Assembly: GCF_020745735.1 (NCBI RefSeq)
Contig: NC_083409.1
Location: 17,814,341 to 17,878,340, forward strand
Direction of reading: 5' to 3'
Source: Hemiscyllium ocellatum
Lineage: Eukaryota
DNA length: 64,000 nt
In this document: positions 1-11,574 of the stretch, piece after piece
How the letters are laid out: every line of letters starts with the position of its first letter
How positions within the stretch are numbered: position 1 is the first letter of the stretch
Program-made: the position numbers and the translations under genes
The notes under the pieces: model-generated
What the model saw: the letters and a program-made list of their open reading frames with translations, nothing else
What the model was told of the DNA's origin: nothing
The model's database searches: none

Positions 1-18
1 CCTGTACTCAATACTCTG

Positions 19-355
19 AATGTTGATGTTACTTGTTTCCTCATCTCCACTCCCCCAGCTTATCCCAGATCCAACCCTCCAACTTGGCACCACCCTCTTG
101 AACCTGTCCATCTTCCTTCCCACCTATCCACTCCACCCTTCACTCTGACCTATCACTGTCACCCCCCACCTCCACGTACCTATTGCAATCTTCATTACCT
201 TTTCCCCAGCCCCAATTCCCTCCCATTTATCTCACCGACTCCTCACTCCCTCCTCCCCATTCCCCTGATGAAGAGCTTATGCTCAAAACATCGACTCTCC
301 TGCTCCAGGGATACTGCCTGACCGGCCGTGCTTTTCCAGCGCTACATGATTTCAC
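19..355 (+). mobile_element. Penelope-like element 3' tail (pLTR) with degenerate hammerhead
   Basis: C-rich PLE tail ending ...cctgatgaagagcttatgctcaaaacatcgactctcctgctcc...; more complete version at 31820..32955. Confidence 0.75.
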
Positions 356-539
356 TCTGTGCTGTGGTAACAGAGTGTTAAAGCCCAGCGCAGGTCATCC
401 GTCATCTCAATCAGATCACAGGGTCTAAGGTTGGTCAGTAATGTCTGGCCCCAGGACAATAACACTGACTAACTGGAGACAACCCAGATCAAGTCCCAGC
501 GAGAGTGTTCTTGACATTCACACTCAAAGCCCACCAAGA

Positions 540-3500
540 AGGGGACAAACTGGATGTATAAAAAGGAAGTTGAAGGGAAAGTTAGAACAAGAGAAGTCAA
601 GAAGGACAACTGTAGCAATGAGGCAGAAAATTTGAAAAGGGATCATGCTGTAAGGTTGAGTGGAATAGGGGTTGATGGGAAGGGTGAGAGCAGTAACAAA
701 TTAAAAATACTGTGTATGAATGCACGAAGCATTAGAAATAAGATGGATGAGCTTGAGGCTCCTTTGGAAATTGGCAGATACGATATTGTGGGGATAACTG
801 AGACGTGGCTTCAAGTGGACAGGGCCTGGGAAATGAATATTCAAGGCTACACGTGCTATCGTAAGGACAGACTGACAGGCAGAGGGGGTGGAGTGGCCTT
901 GTTGGTAAGGGAGGATATTCAGTCCCTTGCGCGGGGGGACCTAGAGTCAGGGGATGTAGAGTCAGTGTGGATAGAGCTGCGAAATACTAAAGGTAAAAAG
1001 ACCCTCTTGGGAGTCATCTACAGGCCCCCAAACAGTAGTCTGGATGTCGGATGAAAGTTAAATCAGGAGCTGAAATTGACCTGTGGTAAAGATGTTACTA
1101 CAGTTGTTATGGGGGATTTTAACATGCTGGTAGACTGGGAGAATCAGGATGGTATTGGACCTTATGAAAGAGACTTTGTGGAGTGCCTCAGAGATAGATT
1201 CTTAGAGCAGCTGGTGCTGGAGCCGACCAGGGAGAAGGCAATTCTGGATCTAATGTTGTGTAATGAACCAGAATTGGTCAGAGACCTCGAAGTGAAGGAG
1301 CCATTGGGAAGTAGTGACCATAATACAATAAGTTTCAATCTGCAATTTGAGAGGGAGAGGTACAGTCGGAAGTGACAGTACTTCTGTTGAATAAAGGGAA
1401 CTATGGAGCTATGAGGGAGGAGCTGGCCAAAGTTCAATGGTGCAATACCTTAGCAGGGATGACCGTGGTGGAACAATGGCGGGTATTTCTGTGTATAATG
1501 CAGAAGTTGCAGGATCAGTTCATTCCTAAAAGGAAGAAAGATCCCAGGAGGAGGCATGTGCGGCCGTGGCTAACGAGGGAAGTTAAGAACCATATAAAGT
1601 TAAAAGAGAAAAAGTATAACAGAGCAAAGATAAGTGGGAAAACAGAGGACTGGGAAGCTTTTAAAGAACAACAGAGGATTACTAAGAAGGAAATACGCAG
1701 AGGCAAAATGAGGTACGAAGGTAAACTGGCCAATAATATAAAGGAAGATAGTAAAAGCTTTTTCAAGTATGTGCAAGGCAAAAAAATGGTTATGACTAAA
1801 ATTGGGCCCTTGAAGACAGAAACAGTGGAATATATTACAGGGAACAAAGAAATGGCAGAAGAATTAAATGGGTACTTCAGATCTGTGTTCACTGGGGAAG
1901 ACACAAGCAATCTCCCTGAGGTAACAGTGACTGAAGGACCTGAACTTAAGGGAATCTGTATTTGCCAGGATTTGGTGTTGGAGAGACTGTTAGGTCTGAA
2001 GGTTGATAAGTCCCCGGGGCCTGATGGTCTACATCCCAGGGTACTGAAGGAGGTGGCTCGGGAAATCGTGGATACGTTGGTGATGATTTTCCAGAATTCG
2101 ATAGATTCGGGATCGGTACCTGAGGATTGGAGAGTGGCTAAAGTTATACCACTTTTTAAGAAAGATGGGAGAGAGAAAGCAGGAAATTATAGACCAGTTA
2201 GTCTGACCTCAGTGGTGGGAAAGATGCTGGAGTCTATTATAAAGGATGAGATTACAGCACATCTGGATGGTAGTATCAGGATAAGACAGAGTCAGCATGG
2301 ATTTATAAAGAGGAAATCGTGCTTGACTAATCTTCTGGAGTTTTTTGAGGATGTAACTCTGAGGATGGATGAGGGAGATCCAGTAGATGTAGTGTACCTG
2401 GACTTTCAGAAAGCTTTTGATAAAGTTCCACATAGGAGGTTAGTGAGTAAACTTAGGGCGCATGGTATTGGGGACAAAGTACTAGATTGGATTTAAAATT
2501 GGTTGGCTGATAGGAAACATTGGGTAGTGATAAACGGCTCCATTTCAGAATGGCAGGCAGTGACCAGTGGGGACCGCAAGGATCCGTGCTGGGACCACAG
2601 CTTTTTACAATATATGTTAATTATATAGAAGATGGTATCAGCAATAACATTAGCAAATTTGCTGATGATACAAAGCTGGGTGGCAGGGTGAAATGTGATG
2701 AGGATGTTAGGAGATTACAGGGTGACCTGGACAAGTTAGATGAGTGGGCAGATGCATGGCAGATGCAGTTTAATGTGGATAAATGTATGGTTATCCACTT
2801 TGGTGGCAAGAACAGGAAGGCAGATTACTACCTCAATGGAATTAATTTAGGTAAAGGGGCAGTACAGAGAGATCTGGGTGTTCTTGTACACCAGTCAATA
2901 AAGGCAAGCATGCAGTTACAGCAGGTAGTGAAGAAGGCTAATAGCATGCTGGCCTTCATAACAAGAGGGATTGAGTATAGGAGCAAAGAGGTGCTTCTGC
3001 AGCTGTACAGGGCCCTGGTGAGACCACACCGGGAGTACGGTGTGTAGTTCTGGTCGCCAAATTTGAGGAAGGACATTTTGGCTATTGAGGGGGTGCAGCG
3101 TAGGTTCACGAGGTCAATTCTGGAATGGCGGGATTACCTTACACTGAAAGACTGAAGCGACTGGGCTTGTATACCCTTGAGTTTAGAAGACTGAGAGGGG
3201 ATCTGATTGAGACATATACGACTATAAAAGGATTGGACACTCTGGCAGCAGGAAACATGTTTCCGCTGATGGGTGAGTGCCAAACCAGAGGACACAGCTT
3301 AAAAATTTAGGACAGAGATGAGGAGAAACTTCTTCACCCAGAGAGTGATGGCTGTATGAAATGCTCTGCCCCAGAGGACAGTGGAGGCCCAGTCTCTGGA
3401 TTCATTTAAGAAAGAGTTGGATAGAGCTCTCAAAGATAGTGGAATCAAGGGTTATGGAGATAAGGCAGGGAGTGGATACTGATTAGGAATGATCAGCCAT

Positions 3501-3575
3501 GATCATATTGAATGGCGGTGCAGGCTCGAAGGGCCCAATGGCCTACTCCTGCACCTATTGTCTATTGTCTATTGT
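540..3575 (+). mobile_element. CR1 LINE, near-complete ORF2 (APE endonuclease + RT), inactivated
   Basis: LKILCMNARSIRNK, VGITETWL, GDFN, SDHN (APE); KSPGPDG, NYRPVSLTS, YLDFQKAFDKVPH, PQGSVLGP, FADDTKL (RT); stops at 1052, 2494, 3045 and frameshifts; (CTATTGT)n tail. Second copy ~33143..36177. Confidence 0.95.
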
Positions 3576-4129
3576 TGTTAGTCTCAATGTTGCCACAGAT
3601 TAAGTTCTCCCAGAGATTCATAATTCATTCCAGATTTTAAACAAGGGAGGGATGTTGTGCGGAGACAGATGGGAAGGCATGGAGAGGAAACAAAAAGGAG
3701 AGAGAATTGCATTGCTGTTACACCGTTCATGAGCTCAGGATGTTCAAAGATGTTTTACAGCTAATGGAATACTTCCAAAGTCTAGTCATTGTTGTAATGT
3801 TGGGGGGTAGGGGGGAATGACAGGATCCCCAAACAGAAGGAATGCCAAAAATGCTATCACTATGAGAGTGGAAAGGTCGGGTGGGGATAGTGACAGTGAT
3901 GCCCTCCACAGAGAGAGGGGAAGGTACACTGACACATTTAAAACTGTATCAACACAAGTGAGAAATCAAAAACCACCCACTCCATCATGAGTCTTCCCAT
4001 ATTGTTGGTTTGATCAGTGACGTAGCAAGGAAGCAGCAGCTGCCCCATGAACTCCAACAAAAGAATGAGAACAGGCTCTTCATACGGAGCTGGCTCCCGA
4101 GAATCCAATTCAACAGCAGGGACCAAAGA

Positions 4130-5235
4130 ACAAGGAACAATACAGCACAGGAACAGGCCCTTTGGCCCTCCCAGCCTGTGCTGACACATTTTGCCCTTCC
4201 TGACTGAAACTGTATTCACCTACAGGATTCATATCCCTCTATTCCCTTCCTATCCATGTATTCATCCAGATGTTTCTTGAATGCTGCCATTGTGTCTGCT
4301 TCCACCACGTCCACTGGCTGTGTGTTCCAGCCCCTCACCACCGCTTCTGTGAAATACTTACCTCACACATCTGTTTTAAATCCCCACCGCAACCCCCCCC
4401 CCCCCCCACACCTTGAACCTGTGTCCCCTAGTAACTGACCCCTCTACCCTGGGAAAAACCCTCATATTTCCCACTCTCTCCATGCTATTCACAATTTCAT
4501 CCATTTCTATTAGGTTGCCCTTCAACCTCCTGATTCCAATGAAAACAAATCCAGTCTATCCAACCTTCCTTCATCACCAAAACCCTCCATATCAGACAGC
4601 ATTCTTGGTATTTTTTTCTTCTGTACCCTCTCCAAAGCATCGACATCCTTCTGGTCATGGTGACCAGAACCATATGCAATATTCCCAGTGTGGCCAAACT
4701 AAAGTTCAGTAAAGCTGCAGTGTAACTTGTCTATCCTAATCCTCAGTGCTCCTCCCAATGTAGCCAAAGCTGCCATTGGCCTTTTTTACTACCTTAGGTG
4801 CTGCCACCATCAGTGATCTGTGAACATGTACATCCAGATCCCTCTGCATTTCAATACTCCAATGGATTCTGCCATTCACTGTGCAGGTATTCTGCCACCT
4901 GTATTTCATCTTACAAAATGCATCATTTCACATATATCATGTGCCATTTAAATGTCATGTGCCGTTTTCTATCCATGCATCCAATTGATCTGTGTCCTGC
5001 TGTAGCCTCTGATAATCTGATCATTAACTGCAACTCCAGCAATCTTTGTGGCATCCACAAACTCATCAATGAGACTAGCCATGTTTTCGTCCAAATCACT
5101 GGAGACCATGAACAGCAAAGGTCCCATCATTGATCCCTGCAAAACCCCACAAGACACAGCCTCCATTTTGAAATCCATCCTTCCATCACTACCCTCTGTC
5201 TCCTCTGACTCAACCAGTTCTGTGCCCAGTGCTGG
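4130..5235 (-). mobile_element. 5'-truncated CR1 (RT C-terminus + 3' end)
   Basis: GVLQGSMMGPLLF, FVDATKI remnants; typical CR1 3' end 'aagggcctgttcctgtgctgta'. Copy B ~36735..37840. Confidence 0.85.
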
Positions 5236-5819
5236 GAACATTTTAGACAAGACACCTTGTTGCCAGCTCGTTACTGCAACTTGATCCAGTTCAGTCAGAA
5301 AGAGACAAAGGACAATGTGCAGATTGTTGAACAGGCCCCTACACCTGGGCCTGAGGGAGGGGCCCAAGCTCCAACACACTACACACGAAATTTCAGACAG
5401 AGTGGGGTCATGAAATCTGTCCATATGTTCCTTTGGGACCGGAAAGGAATGAGGAAATAGAGGCAATTGTAGAAGAGTCAATAAGGATTAAAGCAAGATT
5501 GAAGGAGAGTTTTGGAAAGGTTTCAGTGGAGAAAATATACTTTTTGCCACCCAATGCTGACGTAGTCTCCGTGTGTCACATCATGAATAAAACAGCACAC
5601 TACGAGGACAATCAAAAGTTACACAAAATTACTTCTTTTTGATATATCATAGCACGCAGACCATTTTCATTGTGGTGCAATTAGGTATCCTGGTTCAAAA
5701 GATGTTTTCTCTCTCTCTCTCTCTCTCTTTCTCTTTCCTCGTTTGTACAGATCGAGCTGGTTAGATCCTCACACAGCCCCAGTTTATTTGGACTGTTCAG
5801 TAATGTGGGGATGCCGATG

Positions 5820-5910
5820 TTGGACTGGGGTACACCTGATGAAGTAGCAGCGCTTCGGAAGCTTGTGATTTCAAATGAATCGGTTGGGCTAGAACCTGGT
5901 GTAGTGTGTC
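5820..5910 (+). mobile_element. Short PLE-type tail with degenerate hammerhead (AGCT-palindrome family)
   Basis: cctgatgaagtagcagcgcttcggaagcttgtgatttcaaat...aacctggtgt; same family as 17099..17267. Confidence 0.6.
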
Positions 5911-6469
5911 CTCTGACTTTGAAACAGCTGCTTTCTAGTTACTATGGAGGACTTCCACAGCTACTGAAGACTATGGGTAATGACTCCTTCCATTAGCTGC
6001 AAACACACCAGTAGTCATTCCAGTGGATTCTAGTGGGAATGACCAATCAGTTGCTTTGACCTAGTTCCCCAGTTAATCAGGCCATGGCTGACCTGGAATA
6101 CATTCTCCCTTTGTCCTGTAAACCGTACTGCCCTGAGTAAATGGCTACTGAAACCCAACCTCAACAGCTTTTTATTTTGGATTGAGGGTTCCAGATTTCC
6201 ATCACTCTATCCGAAGGAAATTTTCCTGAAATTGCCTGAATTACAATTTTGACATGCCTCTTGTACTGGACTCTGGGACTGGAGAAAGCAATTTACATCA
6301 ACATTGTTCATCATCTCTGGGGAAAAGTAACGCTGATGTAGCCTGTTCTCTCTCATTAACAGTTTCTGATCTGAAGGTGACATCACAGGCTGGATACTGA
6401 GAGGGTGGATCCTGTTATCGGGCAGACGAAAACTGGAGGGCCAGTTTAGCACAAAGTAGTCTCCCATTG

Positions 6470-6720
6470 AAAAGGAAGGAGGGGTTTTCTTGCTGAGGGT
6501 TGATAGCCTGTGGAATTCTGTTCTGTACATGGGAATGGAGGTTCACTCATGGAGTTGGCACAAGGTTAAAGTAGACAGATTTTTTGATGAACAAGGCAAT
6601 TAAGGATAATGGGAGGGGGTGGGGAAGCAGAAAGTACAGGTGAGACAACACCCAGATAAGTAGTGATCTTCTTTATTGACAGAGCAGCTCCCAAAAGGCC
6701 TGCTCCTGCTCCTGGGCCCT
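6470..6720 (+). mobile_element. Decayed CR1 3' end
   Basis: 'agcctgtggaattctg...gatttttgatgaacaaggcaattaagga...ggcctgctcctgctcc'. Confidence 0.6.
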
Positions 6721-8674
6721 ATGTTCTGGCAGTGGCTGCAGCAATCCTGGACCCCCAGCTTTCCTTTGTCACTCACTGACAAAAATGACAAAAGTTAAAA
6801 TTATTTTCTTTAACAAGACCAACTCAACTCTTGTTGCAGTCATTTTCTTTGCTGGATTTTAATTTCAGCAGGGTTTTAGAAACACATCATTTGCCTTATG
6901 TTGCAGTGGAGACAGACACAGGGCAGTGAGGCCTCAGAGAGCACCGAGAGCTTTCACTCTGCACAACAAGGCTGTCAGCACAAGCATCTGGTGACAGGAT
7001 TGTAGGGGGTTGAAAAGGAGAGAGTCATGGAGAAAAGAGACCTTATAGTTCAAAATAAAACCTCTTCATATATTCCCACACTCTAATGAATTAATGTTAG
7101 AGGATTAGAAACCCAGAACGGTGAGAGTGTGCTGGCTCAGAGGCTAAAAGGCAGAGAGCAAGGAGCTGCATTATTCCTTCTCATTATTATTTCTGCTTCA
7201 TCATTGGTGAGCTTCATAATTATTGCCCACCCCCAGTTGCTTGGACGAAGTTCTTTGCTGAGCCAGATCATGGGGTCATTAAAAATGGATCATGTCACAG
7301 TGGGGCAGGAGTCAGACCAGGCTCCCTCAATGAAAGAACATTTGTGAACATCACATTGAATTTCATGTCTATTTTGTACAGATTCCAGCGCCTTCCTTTC
7401 CAGATATTACATGGCTCACCACCGCCCTCTCCAGGACAATTAGGGAAAGGCAACCAATAACCAACACGTCAACGCCCGCCCCATCCCAGGAGAAATCAAG
7501 AGAAATAATGTAAAATTAAAATAATCAAACTGGTGAGGCTTGAATTAATCTCTTTGAAAGACTGGACTCTCAGCCAGAAACAGAGCCATGACATGGGTGA
7601 CCCTGGTTTGTCAGACTGAAAGGTGAAGTGTCCTTTGGATTGACACTGGGATCAGCAAAAAATGAATTACTCTCAAAGATCGAGCAAACAGCTATCAAAG
7701 TGGGTCACCAAACTGCAGAGTACAGCACCTGCAGCACCGCGTCCCCATCTCTATCCTTGCTGTTGCCCTTCCCTAACTGTCCTGGAGAGGGCGGTGGTGA
7801 GCCATGGGTTTCTTGAAGAGGGTCTGACAGAGGGACAAGGTCATGTCCTCGGCCTGAGCACAACTGTCTGACCTTCTGTGCTTTTCCAGCGCCACACTTT
7901 TTGACTCCGAGTAAACTATCCTTCAGGAGAATGAGCTGTGGCACAAGAGGAAACGTGGGAGTATTGGAAAGGCACCGGCAGCCTGGTCAGCCTGCAGAGG
8001 GGCAGAAACAGATTTGATGAATGAGATGATATCCTTCTAAGCTGAAATACAGACTTAGGCTTTCAGAGCTACACAGTTTACATTGTTACTGACGGTGACT
8101 CCATGGGCAATGTTCCTGCTTCAGAGTCAAATGGTCACCTCAGAAATGAGAACACAGAATCCAGGTTGAGACTGCAGTGAACTCTGGCACAATGTTATGT
8201 ATGAGATGCTCATTTAAAGCCCCACCAGCACCACCCAGACCCCAATCCCTCCACCTCAGGGGGCTCGACAAGTCCCATTCTGAAGAGATTCCCTCAGGTA
8301 TCCTGCTCAATATTCAACTAATGCCACCAAAAAGATTTGTCTCATCATTCGTTTGCTGATTTTGGGACGTCAGCATTTTGTCTTGTGAAGGTGATTGCAC
8401 TGTGCAGGCAGCTTTAAATATCCTGGGATGATTACAAAAAAACACTGCACCAACAAGTGTTCTTTCTTCCTGTCACATAACAGGGGAGCTAATCAGTAAC
8501 TGAAAATCCACACTGAAGGCAAACACTGAAGCTTCAGCTGAAAGGCTTTTTGCACCATGTTAACCTGCGCCCTGGGCATTTCCTTCCAGTGTCCGAGATG
8601 GTTACCAGGCTGGGATGGAGGCTTACAGGAGGCTGGAAGAGCACAGCAAGCCAGGCAGAATCTGGAGGTGGAGC

Positions 8675-8709
8675 AGTCAACATTTCGGGTATAACCCTTC
8701 TTCAGAACT
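8675..8709 (-). ncRNA. Hammerhead motif in older PLE tail (near intact)
   Basis: AGUU-CUGAAGA-A-GGGU-UAU-ACCC-GAA-AUGU-U-GACU. Copy B 41281..41315. Confidence 0.65.
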
Positions 8710-9915
8710 GCAGGTGGGGGTAGGGGGAGCTGCAAATCAAGGTGGGATCAGTTGTTTGGGCGGGTGGGGGTAATGGTGGAGTGGTAGGCATTAATGGATG
8801 AACACAGGTAGAGGGTTTGAAGTGGTTGGTTGATGGGAGGAATGAATTCATTTGGTGGCTAAAAGGGAGGGTCTGTAAGTGGAATAGATGGAGGAGGGGG
8901 ACTGGAAAGGGAGTCAAAAGTTGGGAAAGGGAGGCTTTTTGAAACTAGAGAATTCAATGTTGATTCCTCTGGGTTGTAAGCTTCCCAGGCAAAAGATGAT
9001 TATTTGTTCCTCCAATTTGCAGTCTGATTGCTTGTTGCAATGGAGGAAGCAGAGGATGGTCATGTCTGAGAGGGAATAGGAAGGGGAATTGAAATAGGCA
9101 GTGACTGGGAGGCCAGGTCAGCCTTTGTGAGCATGGCTGAGATGCTCAGCAAAACATGCCCTTAGTTTATGTTTGGTCTCACTGATGCAGAGAAGACCAC
9201 AACGGGTGCACCGGATACAATAAACTAGGTTGGAGGAGAGGCAGGTGAACCTCTGTCTGACCTGGAAGGACTGGGGCCCTGGATGGAAATGACAGGGGTG
9301 GTGTGTCGGCAGGTTTTGCATCTTTTACGGTTGCAGGGGAAGGTACCAGGGTTTTGTTGGGGGAGGTGGGGGTAGGTGTGAAGTGTGGTGAAAACCAAGG
9401 ATTGGCAAAGGGAACAGTCCTTGTGGAAGGCAGAGAGGGGTGGGGAGGGTAAGATGTTCATGGTAGTGGGGTCTAGCTGGAGTTGGCAGAATTGTTTGAG
9501 GATGATACGTTGGATGCGGAGATTGGTGGGGTGTAAGTTGAAGACAAGGGGAACCCTGTCTTTATTGAATTTTGGAGGGGGGTGTTTAGATTTGGAGAGC
9601 AGAGAATGGAGGAGGTGCGGTGGAGGGCTTTCTGGATGGCAGAGCTGGGAAAAGTACATGATTAAAAATAGGTGGACATCTGGACACTTAGGAGGGGAGC
9701 GTCTCCTCGTTCGAGCAGATGTGACGGAGATGGAAGAATTGGGAAAACGGGGTGGTGTTCTTGCAGGATACTGGTTGGGAGGAGGTGTTGTCCAGATACT
9801 TGTGTGAGTCTGTGGGTTAACAGTAAATGTCTGTTCCTAGACTGTCACCGGAGATGGAAATGGGGCGGTCAAGAAAGGAGAAGGATTTGTCCAAGATAGA
9901 CTACGTGAATTTAAG

Positions 9916-10454
9916 AGTAAAAAGTGAGGTCTGCAGATGCTGGAGATCAGGGCTGAAAATGTGTTGCTGGTTAAAGCGCAGCAGGTCAGGCAGCATCCAA
10001 GGAACAGGAAATTCAACGTTTCGGGCACAAGCCCTTCATCAGGAATGAGGAAAGTGTGTCCAGCAGGCTAAGATAAAAGGTAGGGAGGAGGGACTTGGGG
10101 GAGGGGGCGATGGAGATGTGATAGGTGGAAGGAGGTCAAGGTGAGGGTGATAGGCCGGAGTGGGGGTGGGGGCGGAGAGGTCAGGAAGAAGATTGCAGGT
10201 TAGGAGGGCGGTGCTGAGTTCGAGGTAATCGATTGAGACAAGGTGGGGGGAGGGGAAATGAGGAAACTGGAGAAATATGAGTTCATCCCTTGTGGTTGGA
10301 GGGTTCCCAGGCGGAAGATGAGACGCTCTTCCTCCAACCGTCATGTTGTTATGTTCTGGCGATGGAGGAGTCCAAGGACCTGCATGTCCTTGGTGGAGTG
10401 GGAGGGAGAGTTAAAGTGTTGAGTCACGGGGTGGTTGGGTTGGTTGGGCCGGGT
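9916..10454 (-). mobile_element. Younger 539-bp PLE pLTR unit inserted into the older PLE
   Basis: Flanked by 11-bp direct repeat GTGAATTTAAG (9905-9915, 10455-10465); removing it rejoins RT 'PALKFT..SI'. Copy B 42522..43060. Confidence 0.85.
10011..10046 (-). ncRNA. Minimal type I hammerhead ribozyme motif (intact)
   Basis: Minus strand AUUC-CUGAUGA-A-GGGC-UUGU-GCCC-GAA-ACGU-U-GAAU: helix I AUUC/GAAU, full core, 4-bp helix II, palindromic helix III. Confidence 0.8.
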
Positions 10455-11129
10455 GTGAATTTAAGGGCAGGTTAGAAGTTGTTAGCAAAGTTGATGAACA
10501 GCTCCAGTTCAGCCTGGGTGGTGGATGCAGCACTGATGCAGTCACTGATGTAATGGCGGAAGATTTGGGGAGCGGTGCCTGTGCATGTACTGGTGAGGTG
10601 TTGTTTGATGTAGCCAACAACAAGCAGACATAGCTGGGACCCATGGCCACCCACTGGATTTGGAGGAAATGGGAAGAGTTGAAGGAAGCTGACAGATCAC
10701 ATGGAAATGTTTGGAAAAGGTTCACAAGGGCACAGTCCAGGCTTCCTGCAAATATCAGCCTTCCTTCCATTGTAGTGCTTCTTCATAGGAGCTTCTCTAT
10801 GGTGGTTTCAAGTACACATTCTCCGTGGAAATATCACAGACTTTACTGAAATGGAATGAACTGAAAGAAGAGAAGGAAATGGGAAGAATTAACCAGACAA
10901 GGGTGAGCATCAAGAGAGATGGGAGTGTGTGGAAGACTCTGTGTCATTAAAAAGTCCCAAAGGAGTTTCACAAGAAAATCTCAAATCTTTACAAGGATTT
11001 AACAGGGAGATAACTTACTGACATCAAACAGGTTGGGTGTTAGGGACCCTGTGCCTCTGGTGCCTAACTCTATACGAGACATTACAGTCAAGGATGGTTG
11101 ATGTGTAAATAAAGGGTGACTTGATGATG

Positions 11130-11430
11130 TGGAGTTATTTCATGATCAATGACCGCGGGCATAGATTTAAGGGAAATGGCAGAAGATTAAGAGGGAATGT
11201 GAGGAAACACACTTTCATGCAGAAGGTGGTGGTAATTTGTAACTTGCTTTCTGTAAGGGTAGTTGAGGCAGAAGCTCTCCCATAACATTGACGTACTTTG
11301 ATGTGCAGCTGTGATGCCAAGACATACAGGGCTACGGGCCAACTGCTGGAACATGGAATTAGAATAGTGAGGTGGTTGTTCGGCTGGCTTTGGCTCATTG
11401 GGCCGAAGGGCCTTGTTCTTGTAGACCTGT
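11130..11430 (+). mobile_element. CR1 3' end
   Basis: 'gggcatagatttaaggg...gcagaaggtggtggtaatttgtaac...gggccgaagggcct'. Confidence 0.75.
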
Positions 11431-11574
11431 TGTAGACATCTGACTCTGCCAGGACTCCAGCAATGTGGCTGACCCTGCCATTTGAAAGGCCGAGCAAGCC
11501 ACTCAGTTTCAGGGCAGGTAGGGATGGAGAACAAATGCTGGTCTTGTCAGTGACACCCACATCCCAGGAAAGAA

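Larger units (their letters stand above)
8590..10660 (-). mobile_element. Older Penelope-like element (RT fragment, linker, GIY-YIG endonuclease, pLTR)
   Basis: VAMGPSY/LFINFANNF (RT), PGTFPCNRKRCKTC (Zn knuckle), FTCLSSNLVYCIRCTRCG...ETKHKL...FAEH (GIY-YIG); interrupted by 9916..10454. Copy B ~41196..43266. Confidence 0.88.

Noticed and set aside
554-3310. Long RT/endonuclease ORFs as an active gene
   Set aside because: In-frame stops and frameshifts are shared by both copies; dead CR1.
10080-10260. G-rich tracts with G-quadruplex potential (also ~61960-62150)
   Set aside because: Generic property of this PLE 3' region, on the non-coding strand; nothing locus-specific.
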